Shown piece after piece: positions 1-8,266 of a stretch of DNA of 32,000 nt. Origin of the DNA: Archaeoglobus fulgidus DSM 4304 (lineage in GTDB: Archaea; Halobacteriota; Archaeoglobi; Archaeoglobales; Archaeoglobaceae). Where the stretch lies: NCBI RefSeq assembly GCF_000008665.1, contig NC_000917.1, positions 660,001 through 692,000 of the forward strand. The letters are read 5' to 3'. A program made the translations under genes and the position numbers. How positions within the stretch are numbered: the first letter of the stretch is position 1; each line of letters starts with the position of its first letter. The notes under the pieces were generated by a model, which did no database searches, was not told the origin of the DNA, and saw only the letters and a program-made list of their open reading frames with translations.

Positions 1-2
1 TG

Positions 3-257
3 CACCTGACCCTCTACAACATTAAAAAGCTTTTCGAAAATGCCGGCATCGCCAACGGCCACTTCAAGGCCTATGATGAGCTGGGCGTTCAGCCCGTGCA
101 CATTCACAAAAGCAAAACCGAGCACAAAAAGGCTATTTCCCTGCTTTGTAAGGGGATTTCGGAGATTTTTAGGGAGCGCAGCCCTGAGGACCTGATAGAA
201 AGCGAGAATTTGAAGTTCGTAATCGAATCTATTGCACCTGAGCTGTGCGAGCCATGA
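3..257 (+). CDS. 3' end (84 codons) of an unidentified gene entering from the left edge
   Basis: Frame 3 is open from the window edge to TGA at 255-257 (...KFVIESIAPELCEP*). It is absent from the ORF track because it has no start codon in the window. No family recognised. It overlaps the convergent GNAT gene by 29 nt. Confidence 0.45.
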   Translation, partial: HLTLYNIKKLFENAGIANGHFKAYDELGVQPVHIHKSKTEHKKAISLLCKGISEIFRERSPEDLIESENLKFVIESIAPELCEP

Positions 258-717
258 GATAAGCGTCCTCTCCGTCACTGTAGTAGCCACTGATAACATC
301 GATAATTTCGAATCCAAATTTTTTATACAATTTTTGAGCCTGAACGTTTGAGACCCTAACTTCCAGGGTTATCTTCCTCTTTCCCCTCCCCTCAAGCCTT
401 TTAATCGCTTCCGAGAGAAGCATCTTTCCTATACCCATCCCCCTGAACTCTTTCCTCACAGCAAAAGCTATTATCTTGCCTGTAAACTCGTCAACATCCA
501 TCGTAACGATGTAACCGGCTATTTTCGACCCTATGTCCGCAACAAGCAGGTCGGTGCCGTAGGTTATGTAAACGTAAACGTCATAAGCAGGATTGCGCGG
601 AGAGAAGGCTTCCTTATCTATTTCGAGAACTTCCTTAAAGTCCTTGTGCGTGTAGTCCCTGATTATCACCGTCTGCACAAAACTTAATTGCCCCTCTGAG
701 ATATAAAAATTGTTCAT
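229..717 (-). CDS. GNAT-family N-acetyltransferase (RimI / archaeal Ard1-like)
   Basis: Acetyl-CoA binding motif A is present (AVRKEFRGMGIGKMLL), followed by LEVRVSNVQAQKLYKKFGF. The start may instead be GTG at 678, because a minus-strand TTTATAT box at about 700-710 lies about 25 nt upstream of it. Confidence 0.85.
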   Translation of the reverse strand: MNNFYISEGQLSFVQTVIIRDYTHKDFKEVLEIDKEAFSPRNPAYDVYVYITYGTDLLVADIGSKIAGYIVTMDVDEFTGKIIAFAVRKEFRGMGIGKMLLSEAIKRLEGRGKRKITLEVRVSNVQAQKLYKKFGFEIIDVISGYYSDGEDAYLMARTAQVQ

Positions 718-1102
718 GCTGCAAATTGCCGACTACATAGCAGAAAACTACAGAGGTAAGGTCGTGGAGGTGGGAATAGGGAGATTTACTGCGGTAGCCG
801 AGCTTCTGGCGAGGAGGGGCTTTGAGGTTTTCGCAACGGATGTTGTTGAGCGGAGAGCTCCTGAGGGTTGCAGATTTTACGTTGACGACGTGACAAAGCC
901 CAACCTCAAAATATATGAAGGGGCCTCTCTCATCTACTCCCTCCGCCCACCACCGGAGCTTTTTTCCGCAATAGTCGAGGTTTCGCGGAAAGTTGGTGCG
1001 GACTGCCTCATCAAGCCCCTCTACGGGGACTACATGGAGGCGAGAATTGTAAACTATAAAGGTGCGCAGTTTTACCTCATAAGGAGGGAGAATTATGATT
1101 AA
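716..1102 (+). CDS. UPF0146-family protein (small Rossmann/SAM-methyltransferase-like fold)
   Basis: A glycine-rich loop KVVEVGIGRF is followed by FATDV, the typical UPF0146 layout. I prefer ATG 716 to the track's TTG 710. Confidence 0.7.
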   Translation: MLQIADYIAENYRGKVVEVGIGRFTAVAELLARRGFEVFATDVVERRAPEGCRFYVDDVTKPNLKIYEGASLIYSLRPPPELFSAIVEVSRKVGADCLIKPLYGDYMEARIVNYKGAQFYLIRRENYD

Positions 1103-1508
1103 GGAAATAGAGGTTGAGCTGGACGGTTTCGGGGACATGGCCGACATAACCCCTGAGGTTGAGAAATTCGTCAAGGAGAGCAGCGTGGAGAGTGGCGCGG
1201 TTCTCGTCTTCAGCGTTGGAAGCACAGGGGCCGTGACAACCATCGAATACGAGCCGGGCTTGAAAAAAGACCTTCCGAGGATTATGGAGAAGATTGCCCC
1301 CTATGGGGACAGCTACGAGCATCACAAGACGTGGGGGGATGACAACGGTTCGGGGCACGTTAAGGCGAGCATAATAGGCCCATCCGTCCTAATTCCCTTC
1401 CACAACTCAAAACCGATTCTGGGGACATGGCAGCAGGTTGTGATTATCAACTTCGATACCAGAAGAAGGAGAAGAAGGGTAATCCTGCAGATTCTGCGCT
1501 CATGCTGA
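1095..1508 (+). CDS. YjbQ/UPF0047 family protein (secondary thiamine-phosphate synthase-like)
   Basis: Family-typical motifs are TTIEYEPGL, HHKTWGDDNGSGHVKASI and LGTWQQVV. It overlaps the upstream gene by 8 nt and priS by 7 nt. Confidence 0.8.
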   Translation: MIKEIEVELDGFGDMADITPEVEKFVKESSVESGAVLVFSVGSTGAVTTIEYEPGLKKDLPRIMEKIAPYGDSYEHHKTWGDDNGSGHVKASIIGPSVLIPFHNSKPILGTWQQVVIINFDTRRRRRRVILQILRSC

Positions 1509-2509
1509 CAAAGCTTTTCCTTAAAAAGAAGTTCGAGGAGTATTACTCGAAAAATGAGGTTGAACTTCCGAGGAAGTTCAAAAACAGAGAGTTCGCCTTC
1601 GTCCCGCTGGAATTGCTTCCCGATTTTGTGATGCACCGGCACATATCCTTCAGGTCGGAGACTGACTTCAGAGCCTACATACTGTCCAACGTTCCAGCCC
1701 ACATCTACTTCTCCTCCGCATACTACGAGAGACCCGCTGAGGACAAAATGGAGAACAAGGGCTGGCTCGGTGCGGACCTAATCTTCGACATTGATGCGGA
1801 CCACCTGCCGGTAAAAGCGCAATCCTTCGAAAAGGCTCTTGAGATGGCGAAGAGGGAGATTAAAAAGCTTACAGCCGTCCTTCGTGCGGATTTCGGAATA
1901 AGAGATATGAAGATTTACTTCTCAGGCGGGAGGGGGTATCACGTTCACGTCCACGACGAGGAGTTCCTCTCTCTGGGAAGCGCGGAGAGGAGGGAGATAG
2001 TGGATTACCTCCGCCTCAACTCCCCTAAAATCGTGGTTGAGGACAGGTTTGCCAACTCAAACGCGGCAAAGAGGGTTCTGAATTACCTCAGAAAGAAGCT
2101 TGAGGAGGATGAGAGGCTGACCAGCAAGCTCAAAATCAAACCTGCAGACCTGAAAAAGGAGAAGCTAACGAAGAAGGTTATCCGTGCTGTCGAGAAGTTT
2201 GACTACTCCGCCCTCAGCATATACATCGATGCTCCAGTCACTGCGGACGTTAAAAGGCTGATAAGGCTTCCGGGAAGCCTTCACGGGAAAACCGGACTGA
2301 GGGTGACGGAAGTTGAGGATATTGAGAGCTTCAACCCTCTTAAAGATGCTCTTGCTTTCGGTGATGAAGCGGTCGTGGTAAAGGTAGCGAGAAAGCTGAA
2401 TTTGAGCATCGGGGACTTCAGCGGGAAGATTTACCCGGGAAGAGTTAAACTGCCCGAGTACGCAGCGGTGTTTCTGATTTGCAGAGGGGATGCAAGCTAC
2501 GATTCCTAA
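1502..2509 (+). CDS. priS: DNA primase small (catalytic) subunit PriS
   Basis: The AEP primase catalytic motifs [10 protein letters not shown] and GGRGYHVHV are present, plus [11 protein letters not shown]. Start placed at ATG 1502 (MLTKLF...), overlapping the yjbQ stop. Confidence 0.9.
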
Positions 2510-2922
2510 ACCTTCTTAACCGCAGAGATCAGTTTGACGTTCATAACGCCTCTTGCGGCTGAGATTTTGTCAACGAGCACTTTTATTCTCTCCATTTTGC
2601 CCTTAACCAGTATCATCTCAAGACACTGGTCCTCGTTGAGGTGTATGTGCGTGCTTGAGGTGATTATTTCATGAAAATCGTGCTGCAAGTCGATCAGTAA
2701 ATCGCTAACGCCCTTTACGTGATGGTCGTAGAGCACCACAAGAACGCCCACAATCTCCCCTTTTTCGCTCTCAAGCCACCTGTACTCGGTTATATACGTC
2801 CTTATTGCATCTCTGATGGCTTCACTTCTTGAGGAGTAACCTCTGGTGGATATTATCCTATCAAACTCGTCTAAGAGATTTTTCGGCAGGCTCACACCGA
2901 TTCTCGTAATGCCCTCTTCCAT
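2506..2922 (-). CDS. nikR: NikR-like nickel-responsive transcriptional regulator (ribbon-helix-helix plus ACT-like metal-binding domain)
   Basis: An N-terminal RHH ([15 protein letters not shown]) is present. The C-terminal HIHLNEDQC matches the NikR HxH-x5-C nickel-site spacing. Start at ATG 2922 (MEEGITR), with a TATA box about 24 nt upstream. Confidence 0.8.
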
Positions 2923-2940
2923 GCATAACTTCGTTCGGAA

Positions 2941-2949
2941 ATTTATAAA
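2941..2949 (-). promoter_or_regulatory. TATA box for nikR (leaderless)
   Basis: The minus strand reads TTTTTTATAAAT, centred about 24 nt upstream of ATG 2922. Confidence 0.45.
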
Positions 2950-3149
2950 AAAGTATTCGTTTGCGGCAAATCCGAGTTTTAAAATTTTCAATACAAAATT
3001 AAATCAAAGATTCCATGCAAGTTTGATGAGAACCCTGCAATCAGATTAGCCACCTGTTCAGATTCTGCAGAATGTCCTTCATTTCCAGCACAGTAAGGTT
3101 TACGCTGTCAAGAAAATTCCGTGCGCCCTATAATAGTGGCTATTTTGAG

Positions 3150-3205
3150 TTTTCGTGAAAAATTCTGAAAAGCTCTTAAAAAGGCGAGAGGCGATTAAAA
3201 AGTTT
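3150..3205 (-). terminator. Oligo-T terminator tracts downstream of the GTPase gene
   Basis: The minus strand carries several T5-T6 runs directly after the stop at 3206-3208 (GTTTTTTGAAAACTTTTTAATCGCCTCTCGCCTTTTTAAG...). Confidence 0.45.
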
Positions 3206-4816
3206 TCAAAAAACCCTGATTATCTCCCCCATCCCCTTGCTCCTTCCCTCCCTGAAGATGAACTTCTGGCCTTCGTAAACGAAGTGGGGGTGATATTTGA
3301 ACTTCATTCTCACTATTCCTCTGTCTCCGGGCTTGAGGTATTCCTTATCCATCTCAACAAACGTCACAGTCTCTGAAATGGTTTCGACGTGCATAACCGG
3401 CTCGTAGCCGACGCTGATTAGGGTTGGGTGGGTGAAGACGTAAATCTCAGCATCAAACTCCCAGACAGCCCTTGGCTCTTTCCTGCTTATGACCATTCCC
3501 CTCCTCAACTCGTCGTACCTTACTCCTTTGACTGCAGCACCAATTATGTCTCCCGCCTTTGCTCTGTCGATTCTGTAGTGGTGCATCTCTATGCTCTGAA
3601 TCCTCACCCTCCTGAAGCTGCCATCCTGAAAGGGTCCGATGTAAACCTCATCGCCCTCAGCAAGTTCTCCGCTCTTCACGCTCCCGCTCACGACTGTCCC
3701 CACTCCAGTAACACTGTAAATCTTGTCGATGTACATGAGGAAGTCTTCGTCAGCAGTATAGCGCTTTGGCAGGTGCAGGAAAATCTCCTCAAGGATGTCG
3801 TAGCCCTCCAGAGTAACAGCAGAAGTTATGACTACGGGAACGAGAAGTTTGTTGCTTTTTACCATCTCAGCAGCTTTTCTGGCGTCGTGCCTTGACTTCA
3901 GGACGGTTGGAACCCTCCCAACTCTCCTGAGAGTGGCTGATATCTCCTGCAAAACCTCACTGAGTCTCGCATCGTCGACCATGTCCGCCTTGGTTACAGC
4001 CACGATGACGGGCAAATCCATCGCGAGCATTATTCCGAGGTGTTCTTTTGTCGTTCTCATCACACCATCGTTTGCAGCAACCACGAGGAGGCCGTAATCG
4101 ACCTTCTGCCCCAACAGACCTCTTATGGTAGTCCTGAGCCACGGCTCGTGGCCTACGGTGTCAACGAAGCTCACCAGCTTGTCGGCCGTTTCAACAACCA
4201 TTGCTTTCTCTGCCTTGCTCAGCGGATTTTTCATTCTCAGAACTTTTCCGTCTTTGTAACCGAAAACGGCAAAGCTTATTTCAGCACTCAGCCCCCTCTC
4301 AATTTCGTGCTTCAGAACGTCTAAATAAACTCTCGTCGCGCCATCCCCATCGTCTGGCTTTCCCGTGATGAGGCAGCCGACGAGCGTTGATTTCCCGTGG
4401 TCAACATGTCCCGCTGTTCCTACCAATATGTGCTCCTTCGCCTTTGTCTTCCTTATCTCCACCAACCCCACGTAGCCTCCGTTAACCTCATGCCTCTCAA
4501 CGGAGCTTACCTCAGCCTCAATTTCGGTGGCAAGCTTTTTCAAAACCTCAATGGTTTCGGAAAATTTGTTTTCATCAATACCCTTTATCTCACCGCTGTC
4601 TGACACGCCAACAACGTAAAGAGCCACACCCTTTCCCATTATAATCCTGTGGTTCATCTGGCAGGCGAGCTGCCTGAACCTGCCCTCTTTAAGGTGAAAG
4701 TTGCCCAAGAACTCCTTGAACTCTACGTTTTCTCCCTCTCCCCTCTCCAGGAGCTTGAGGATTTTTTCCACAATTAAATTTCCATGTTGGGGATTTAATT
4801 TTTCCGATTGGAGCAC
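3206..4816 (-). CDS. GTPBP1/EF-Tu-like translational GTPase (EF-1alpha paralogue)
   Basis: G1 GHVDHGKSTLVG, G3 DTVGHE and G4 TKAD are present, followed by EF-Tu-type beta-barrel domains. I moved the start to GTG 4816, because the track's ATG 4903 overlaps pyrD and a minus-strand TTTATTTT box sits about 26 nt upstream of 4816. Confidence 0.85.
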   Translation of the reverse strand: MLQSEKLNPQHGNLIVEKILKLLERGEGENVEFKEFLGNFHLKEGRFRQLACQMNHRIIMGKGVALYVVGVSDSGEIKGIDENKFSETIEVLKKLATEIEAEVSSVERHEVNGGYVGLVEIRKTKAKEHILVGTAGHVDHGKSTLVGCLITGKPDDGDGATRVYLDVLKHEIERGLSAEISFAVFGYKDGKVLRMKNPLSKAEKAMVVETADKLVSFVDTVGHEPWLRTTIRGLLGQKVDYGLLVVAANDGVMRTTKEHLGIMLAMDLPVIVAVTKADMVDDARLSEVLQEISATLRRVGRVPTVLKSRHDARKAAEMVKSNKLLVPVVITSAVTLEGYDILEEIFLHLPKRYTADEDFLMYIDKIYSVTGVGTVVSGSVKSGELAEGDEVYIGPFQDGSFRRVRIQSIEMHHYRIDRAKAGDIIGAAVKGVRYDELRRGMVISRKEPRAVWEFDAEIYVFTHPTLISVGYEPVMHVETISETVTFVEMDKEYLKPGDRGIVRMKFKYHPHFVYEGQKFIFREGRSKGMGEIIRVF

Positions 4817-4822
4817 CAAACC

Positions 4823-4829
4823 TTTATAA
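4823..4829 (+). promoter_or_regulatory. TATA box for pyrD (leaderless)
   Basis: TTTATAA is centred about 25 nt upstream of ATG 4851. Confidence 0.5.
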
Positions 4830-4838
4830 TGTCCATGC

Positions 4839-4846
4839 AAAATAAA
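4839..4846 (-). promoter_or_regulatory. TATA box for the GTPase gene (leaderless GTG 4816)
   Basis: The minus strand reads TTTATTTT, centred about 26 nt upstream of GTG 4816 and back-to-back with the pyrD TATA. Confidence 0.45.
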
Positions 4847-4850
4847 CACG

Positions 4851-5750
4851 ATGAACCCGCTGGAAACGGAGATTGGCGGTTTAAGAATGAAAAACCCTCT
4901 CATGCTTGCAAGCGGGATTATGGGCAGTAAGGTTCACTCCCTCAATCTCATCGCGCGGGATGCGGGAGCGGTTGTTACAAAGTCTGTCGGTGTTGAGGAG
5001 AGGGAGGGCTACAGGAATCCGACCGTCGTAAACTGGAAATGCGGGCTGATAAACGCAGTTGGACTAGCTTCTCCTGCGGCCAAAGATTTTGCCGAGGAGC
5101 TGAAGGACTACACGAATGAGGCACCTCTCCTCATAAGCCTCTACGGACATTCCGTTGAGGAGTTTTCCGATCTCGTTGACACCTTTGACTCCGCTCTTCC
5201 CTATCTCCACGGTTACGAGCTAAACCTCAGCTGCCCTCACGTGAAGGGAGCGGGCCTCGATATAGGAATGGACCTTGAGCTTTCAGCGGCAATAGTTGAG
5301 GAGCTGAAAGGAAAGACGAAGAACCCAGTTTTTGCCAAGCTGTCAGCGATGCACGACTACCTGAAGCTCGCAAAGGTCCTTGAGGATGCCGGAGTTGATG
5401 GAATAACGATATCAAACACTCTCAGGGGAATGAAGATAGACATAATGTCTGGAAAGCCGGTTTTGAGCAACCTCTCTGGCGGTGTGAGCGGGCCGGCAAT
5501 CAAGCCCATAGCCCTAAAGTGCGTTTACGACCTCTACAAGGAAATCGAGGTTCCAATAGTGGGCTGTGGGGGGATAACGAGCTTTGAGGACGTTCTTGAG
5601 TTTATAATGGCAGGTGCAAGGGCCGTGCAGATAGGCTCGGCGGTTTACTACAGCCGGAGAATTTTCTACAGCCTGAAGGAGAGCCTGATAGCCTTTACGA
5701 GGGCAAGAGACTGCACAATCTCCGACCTCATCGGAATCGCCCACAGCTGA
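4851..5750 (+). CDS. pyrD: Dihydroorotate dehydrogenase, class 1 catalytic subunit
   Basis: N-terminal LKNPLMLASG, an NLSCPH active-site region, and ISNT...GGVSGPAIKP...GCGGI FMN-binding motifs are present. Confidence 0.9.
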   Translation: MNPLETEIGGLRMKNPLMLASGIMGSKVHSLNLIARDAGAVVTKSVGVEEREGYRNPTVVNWKCGLINAVGLASPAAKDFAEELKDYTNEAPLLISLYGHSVEEFSDLVDTFDSALPYLHGYELNLSCPHVKGAGLDIGMDLELSAAIVEELKGKTKNPVFAKLSAMHDYLKLAKVLEDAGVDGITISNTLRGMKIDIMSGKPVLSNLSGGVSGPAIKPIALKCVYDLYKEIEVPIVGCGGITSFEDVLEFIMAGARAVQIGSAVYYSRRIFYSLKESLIAFTRARDCTISDLIGIAHS

Positions 5751-6477
5751 GCTCAACGGGCTGGGAAAGGAGGGGACTTCTCAGCATTTTTTCGAAGAAG
5801 TTTTCGTCCCTCAAAACAGCCCTGGCTGCCGAAGCCATCTTCGCCCCTGCCATTATGATTCTCTCCCCGCTCTCGATGTCAACGAAGGAGTTGTTTCCTA
5901 TCACATTCCCAATTCTTGAAATTCTCTCAATCAGGGAAAAATCGCATCCACCACCCGGAATCATGGCATCGACATGAATTGCCAGACAGCCGGCATCGAA
6001 GAGCTTTCGAGCGATCTTCTCGTAATCCAATTTGTGACCTCCCCTTATTTTCACGAATGTGGGTGCTATTCTTGAGGTTTTGCTGACGATTTCCACCAGC
6101 CTCTCGTGGTTGAAGAGCAGCCACTCCCCGCAGCCTATCTCAACGAACTCCGGCTGCCTGCAGTGAGCATTTATTTCAATTATGCCTTCAAACTCCGCTA
6201 CCAGTTCAGCAACGTTCAGGTAGCCTTCAAGGGATGAAGACCTTACGTTTACCGCAAACTTCCTCCTCCCAAGCTTTTTTATCTCGCCTTCAATTCCGTC
6301 AATCCCGAACAGAAACTCCTTTCTACCCCTCTTAACGGCTTTTTCCGCCGCTTCAAGGGCCCTTCTGTCAGCATTGAACCCTCCTAGGATTACAAGCGAC
6401 GCTTTCTGCTTTCTGCAAAACTCCGCATTGTTCACTCCGGCCATCGCAGAGAGAGCGAGGCGGTTCTCAAATATCAT
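5728..6477 (-). CDS. NifR3/Dus-related archaeal TIM-barrel flavoprotein (function unknown)
   Basis: The family call rests on N-terminal LALSAMAGVNNAEF, the EINAHCRQPE motif and an overall alternating beta/alpha pattern. It comes from pattern memory only. Confidence 0.55.
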   Translation of the reverse strand: MIFENRLALSAMAGVNNAEFCRKQKASLVILGGFNADRRALEAAEKAVKRGRKEFLFGIDGIEGEIKKLGRRKFAVNVRSSSLEGYLNVAELVAEFEGIIEINAHCRQPEFVEIGCGEWLLFNHERLVEIVSKTSRIAPTFVKIRGGHKLDYEKIARKLFDAGCLAIHVDAMIPGGGCDFSLIERISRIGNVIGNNSFVDIESGERIIMAGAKMASAARAVLRDENFFEKMLRSPLLSQPVELSCGRFR

Positions 6478-7309
6478 ATCTCAGCTCGTTTAGCCTCAAA
6501 ATCCCGTCGAAAACTCTGCTCGCCCCACCCGTCATGTAGGCAGTATCCTCTGTAAGCTCTATCTTGAGCAAACCTCCCTTCGTTACAACGTCAACCTTAC
6601 TTCCGGTTAGGCCGAGCCTGTTTGCTATTGCCGCAACGGCAACGCTTCCGGTTCCGCAGCTCAGTGTTTCCCCTTCAACACCCCTCTCGTAGGTTCTGAC
6701 CGTAATTGTGTCCCCATCAACTTTCGCAAAGTTTACGTTGGTTCCCTCCGGAAAAATCTCGGAATAGCGGATTTTTCTCGCAAGGGGGACGATGTCGAAG
6801 TCGAGACTGTCCACGAAAACGGCCACGTGCGGCACTCCGGTGTTGGCAGCGTAAATCCTGAACTTCCTGCCGTCGTGCTCCACCTCATACCCCCACACGT
6901 CGGTTTTTGCTGGAATCTCCTCCCTTCCAAACTTAGGCTTTCCCATGTCAACCTTCACCCACCAGCCGTTCTCCCTCTTTACCTCAAGCTCAAGAATCCC
7001 AGCGAGGGTTTCTACTCTCAACCTCTCCCCAGCATAGCCCTCCTCCACGACGTAGCGGGAGAAGCACCTTATACCGTTCCCGCACATCGCAGCCTCGCTG
7101 CCATCGCTGTTGAAGTACCTGAACCTGACGTCCGCCTTTTGCGAGGGCTGAACAAAAAGCGCACCGTCAGCACCAACGCCGAAGTTTCTGTGGCATACTG
7201 CCCTTACAAACCTCGGCTTCTCCTCTTCTCCCACAATCACTCCTTCGAATTCGTCAATCAGGACGAAGTCGTTACCGTTACCGTGCATTTTAGTAAAGGC
7301 AATTCGCAT
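6467..7309 (-). CDS. dapF: Diaminopimelate epimerase
   Basis: FTKMHGNGNDFVLID and both catalytic Cys regions (MCGNGIRC and LSCGTGSVA) are present. Start at ATG 7309 (MRIAFTK). Confidence 0.9.
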   Translation of the reverse strand: MRIAFTKMHGNGNDFVLIDEFEGVIVGEEEKPRFVRAVCHRNFGVGADGALFVQPSQKADVRFRYFNSDGSEAAMCGNGIRCFSRYVVEEGYAGERLRVETLAGILELEVKRENGWWVKVDMGKPKFGREEIPAKTDVWGYEVEHDGRKFRIYAANTGVPHVAVFVDSLDFDIVPLARKIRYSEIFPEGTNVNFAKVDGDTITVRTYERGVEGETLSCGTGSVAVAAIANRLGLTGSKVDVVTKGGLLKIELTEDTAYMTGGASRVFDGILRLNELRYDI

Positions 7310-7328
7310 GAAGCAAGTTCGGGCGAGA

Positions 7329-7337
7329 TTTTTAAAA
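7329..7337. promoter_or_regulatory. Shared near-palindromic TATA element for divergent leaderless dapF and the kinase-like gene
   Basis: TTTTTAAAA is centred at 7333, exactly 24 nt from ATG 7309 (minus) and 24 nt from GTG 7357 (plus). The intergenic spacer is only 47 bp. Confidence 0.5.
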
Positions 7338-7356
7338 GTTCCCGGCAACTTTATCT

Positions 7357-8256
7357 GTGAAGGTCGGCATCGTTCTGAATCCGCACGCCGGCGGAGGGTT
7401 TGATGACTTGAAGAGGAGAGTGGTGGTTAGAGTTCTGAAAAAGCTCGATGGGGAGTTTGTTACTGCTGACAAAGTAGCGGAACTGCTCGGCATCGAGGCT
7501 GAGAGGGTAAAAGTTAAGGAGACAAACACGAGGCTCGACACGGTAAATCTGGTGAAAGCTCTCGACGGCAATGTTGACGTTATAGCCGTTTTCGGCGGTG
7601 ACGGAACCGTAAGCGACGCAGCATCAGCCAAACCGCAAACACCCCTCCTATGCATCGGCATCGGCACGACCAACGTAAGTCCTGCGCTCTGTCCACCGGA
7701 CTTTGACAGGCTGGAAGAGGTCGAGATGAGGGGGCTGGTGGTCAAATTTGGTGGGGAGGAGAGAGTTGCCTTCAACGATGTAGTTGTTGGCTCCACGATA
7801 CTGTCAACGGTTGACGGAAAAAGAGTTCAGGTTGATGCGCGGAGGTACATGAGGGGCGAGAAGGTCATAGCCACGCCCAGAAAGTTCAGAGCAAGGGTGG
7901 AGGTCGGTGAGAGGGTTGTTGAGGGCGTTTTCGGCAACATCTTTGTCGCAATGACCGACAGGAGATTTCTCGGTAAGGGTATTGCCGGCGGAGCGTCCCT
8001 CTCAGCTTTCCTCGGCTTTAAAGGTGTCGTGGCGTGCGTGAGCGAGGGAATTGTTGTATCCACCTACACAAAGGAAGATTTGAGGAGAGTAGAGCCCATC
8101 GTCACGAGCACCATCAGTTTTGACGATGAGGTGGTGAAAATAGATGCTGACGAGGTCGTTTCGTGCGACGGAAATCCGCTGGGTGTGGGTAGGGCAGAGG
8201 TGGCCATTGAAGATGGGGTTGTGAGGGTTCTGAAACCTTTTAAAGAGGAGGAGTGA
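7357..8256 (+). CDS. ATP-NAD kinase / diacylglycerol kinase-like superfamily protein (AcoX/COG3199-like)
   Basis: The start MKVGIVLNPHAGGG and the kinase signature VIAVFGGDGTV are present. GTG start. It lies directly upstream of the oxidoreductase genes. Confidence 0.6.
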   Translation: MKVGIVLNPHAGGGFDDLKRRVVVRVLKKLDGEFVTADKVAELLGIEAERVKVKETNTRLDTVNLVKALDGNVDVIAVFGGDGTVSDAASAKPQTPLLCIGIGTTNVSPALCPPDFDRLEEVEMRGLVVKFGGEERVAFNDVVVGSTILSTVDGKRVQVDARRYMRGEKVIATPRKFRARVEVGERVVEGVFGNIFVAMTDRRFLGKGIAGGASLSAFLGFKGVVACVSEGIVVSTYTKEDLRRVEPIVTSTISFDDEVVKIDADEVVSCDGNPLGVGRAEVAIEDGVVRVLKPFKEEE

Positions 8257-8266
8257 TGAAGGGGCG

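Noticed and set aside
635-1243. 202-aa minus-strand ORF across the UPF0146/YjbQ region, plus the 93-aa ORF at 1077-1358
   Set aside because: It runs antisense to two genes with recognisable family motifs. Its sequence is low-complexity with no motifs, so it is a shadow ORF.
3024-3062. Possible box C/D sRNA: TGATGA followed after exactly 12 nt by CAGA, then a second CAGA
   Set aside because: The D-like boxes are CAGA rather than CUGA on this strand, and no C' box is present. On the opposite strand the CUGA pair lacks a proper upstream C box. The evidence is insufficient without folding or expression data.
3428-4324. Plus-strand ORFs of 155, 89 and 94 aa
   Set aside because: They run antisense to the GTPase gene, whose G1/G3/G4 motifs fix the coding strand.
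7332-7796. 154-aa Ser/Thr/Pro-rich minus-strand ORF
   Set aside because: It runs antisense to the GGDGT kinase-like gene. Its composition is typical of a GC-skewed shadow frame.
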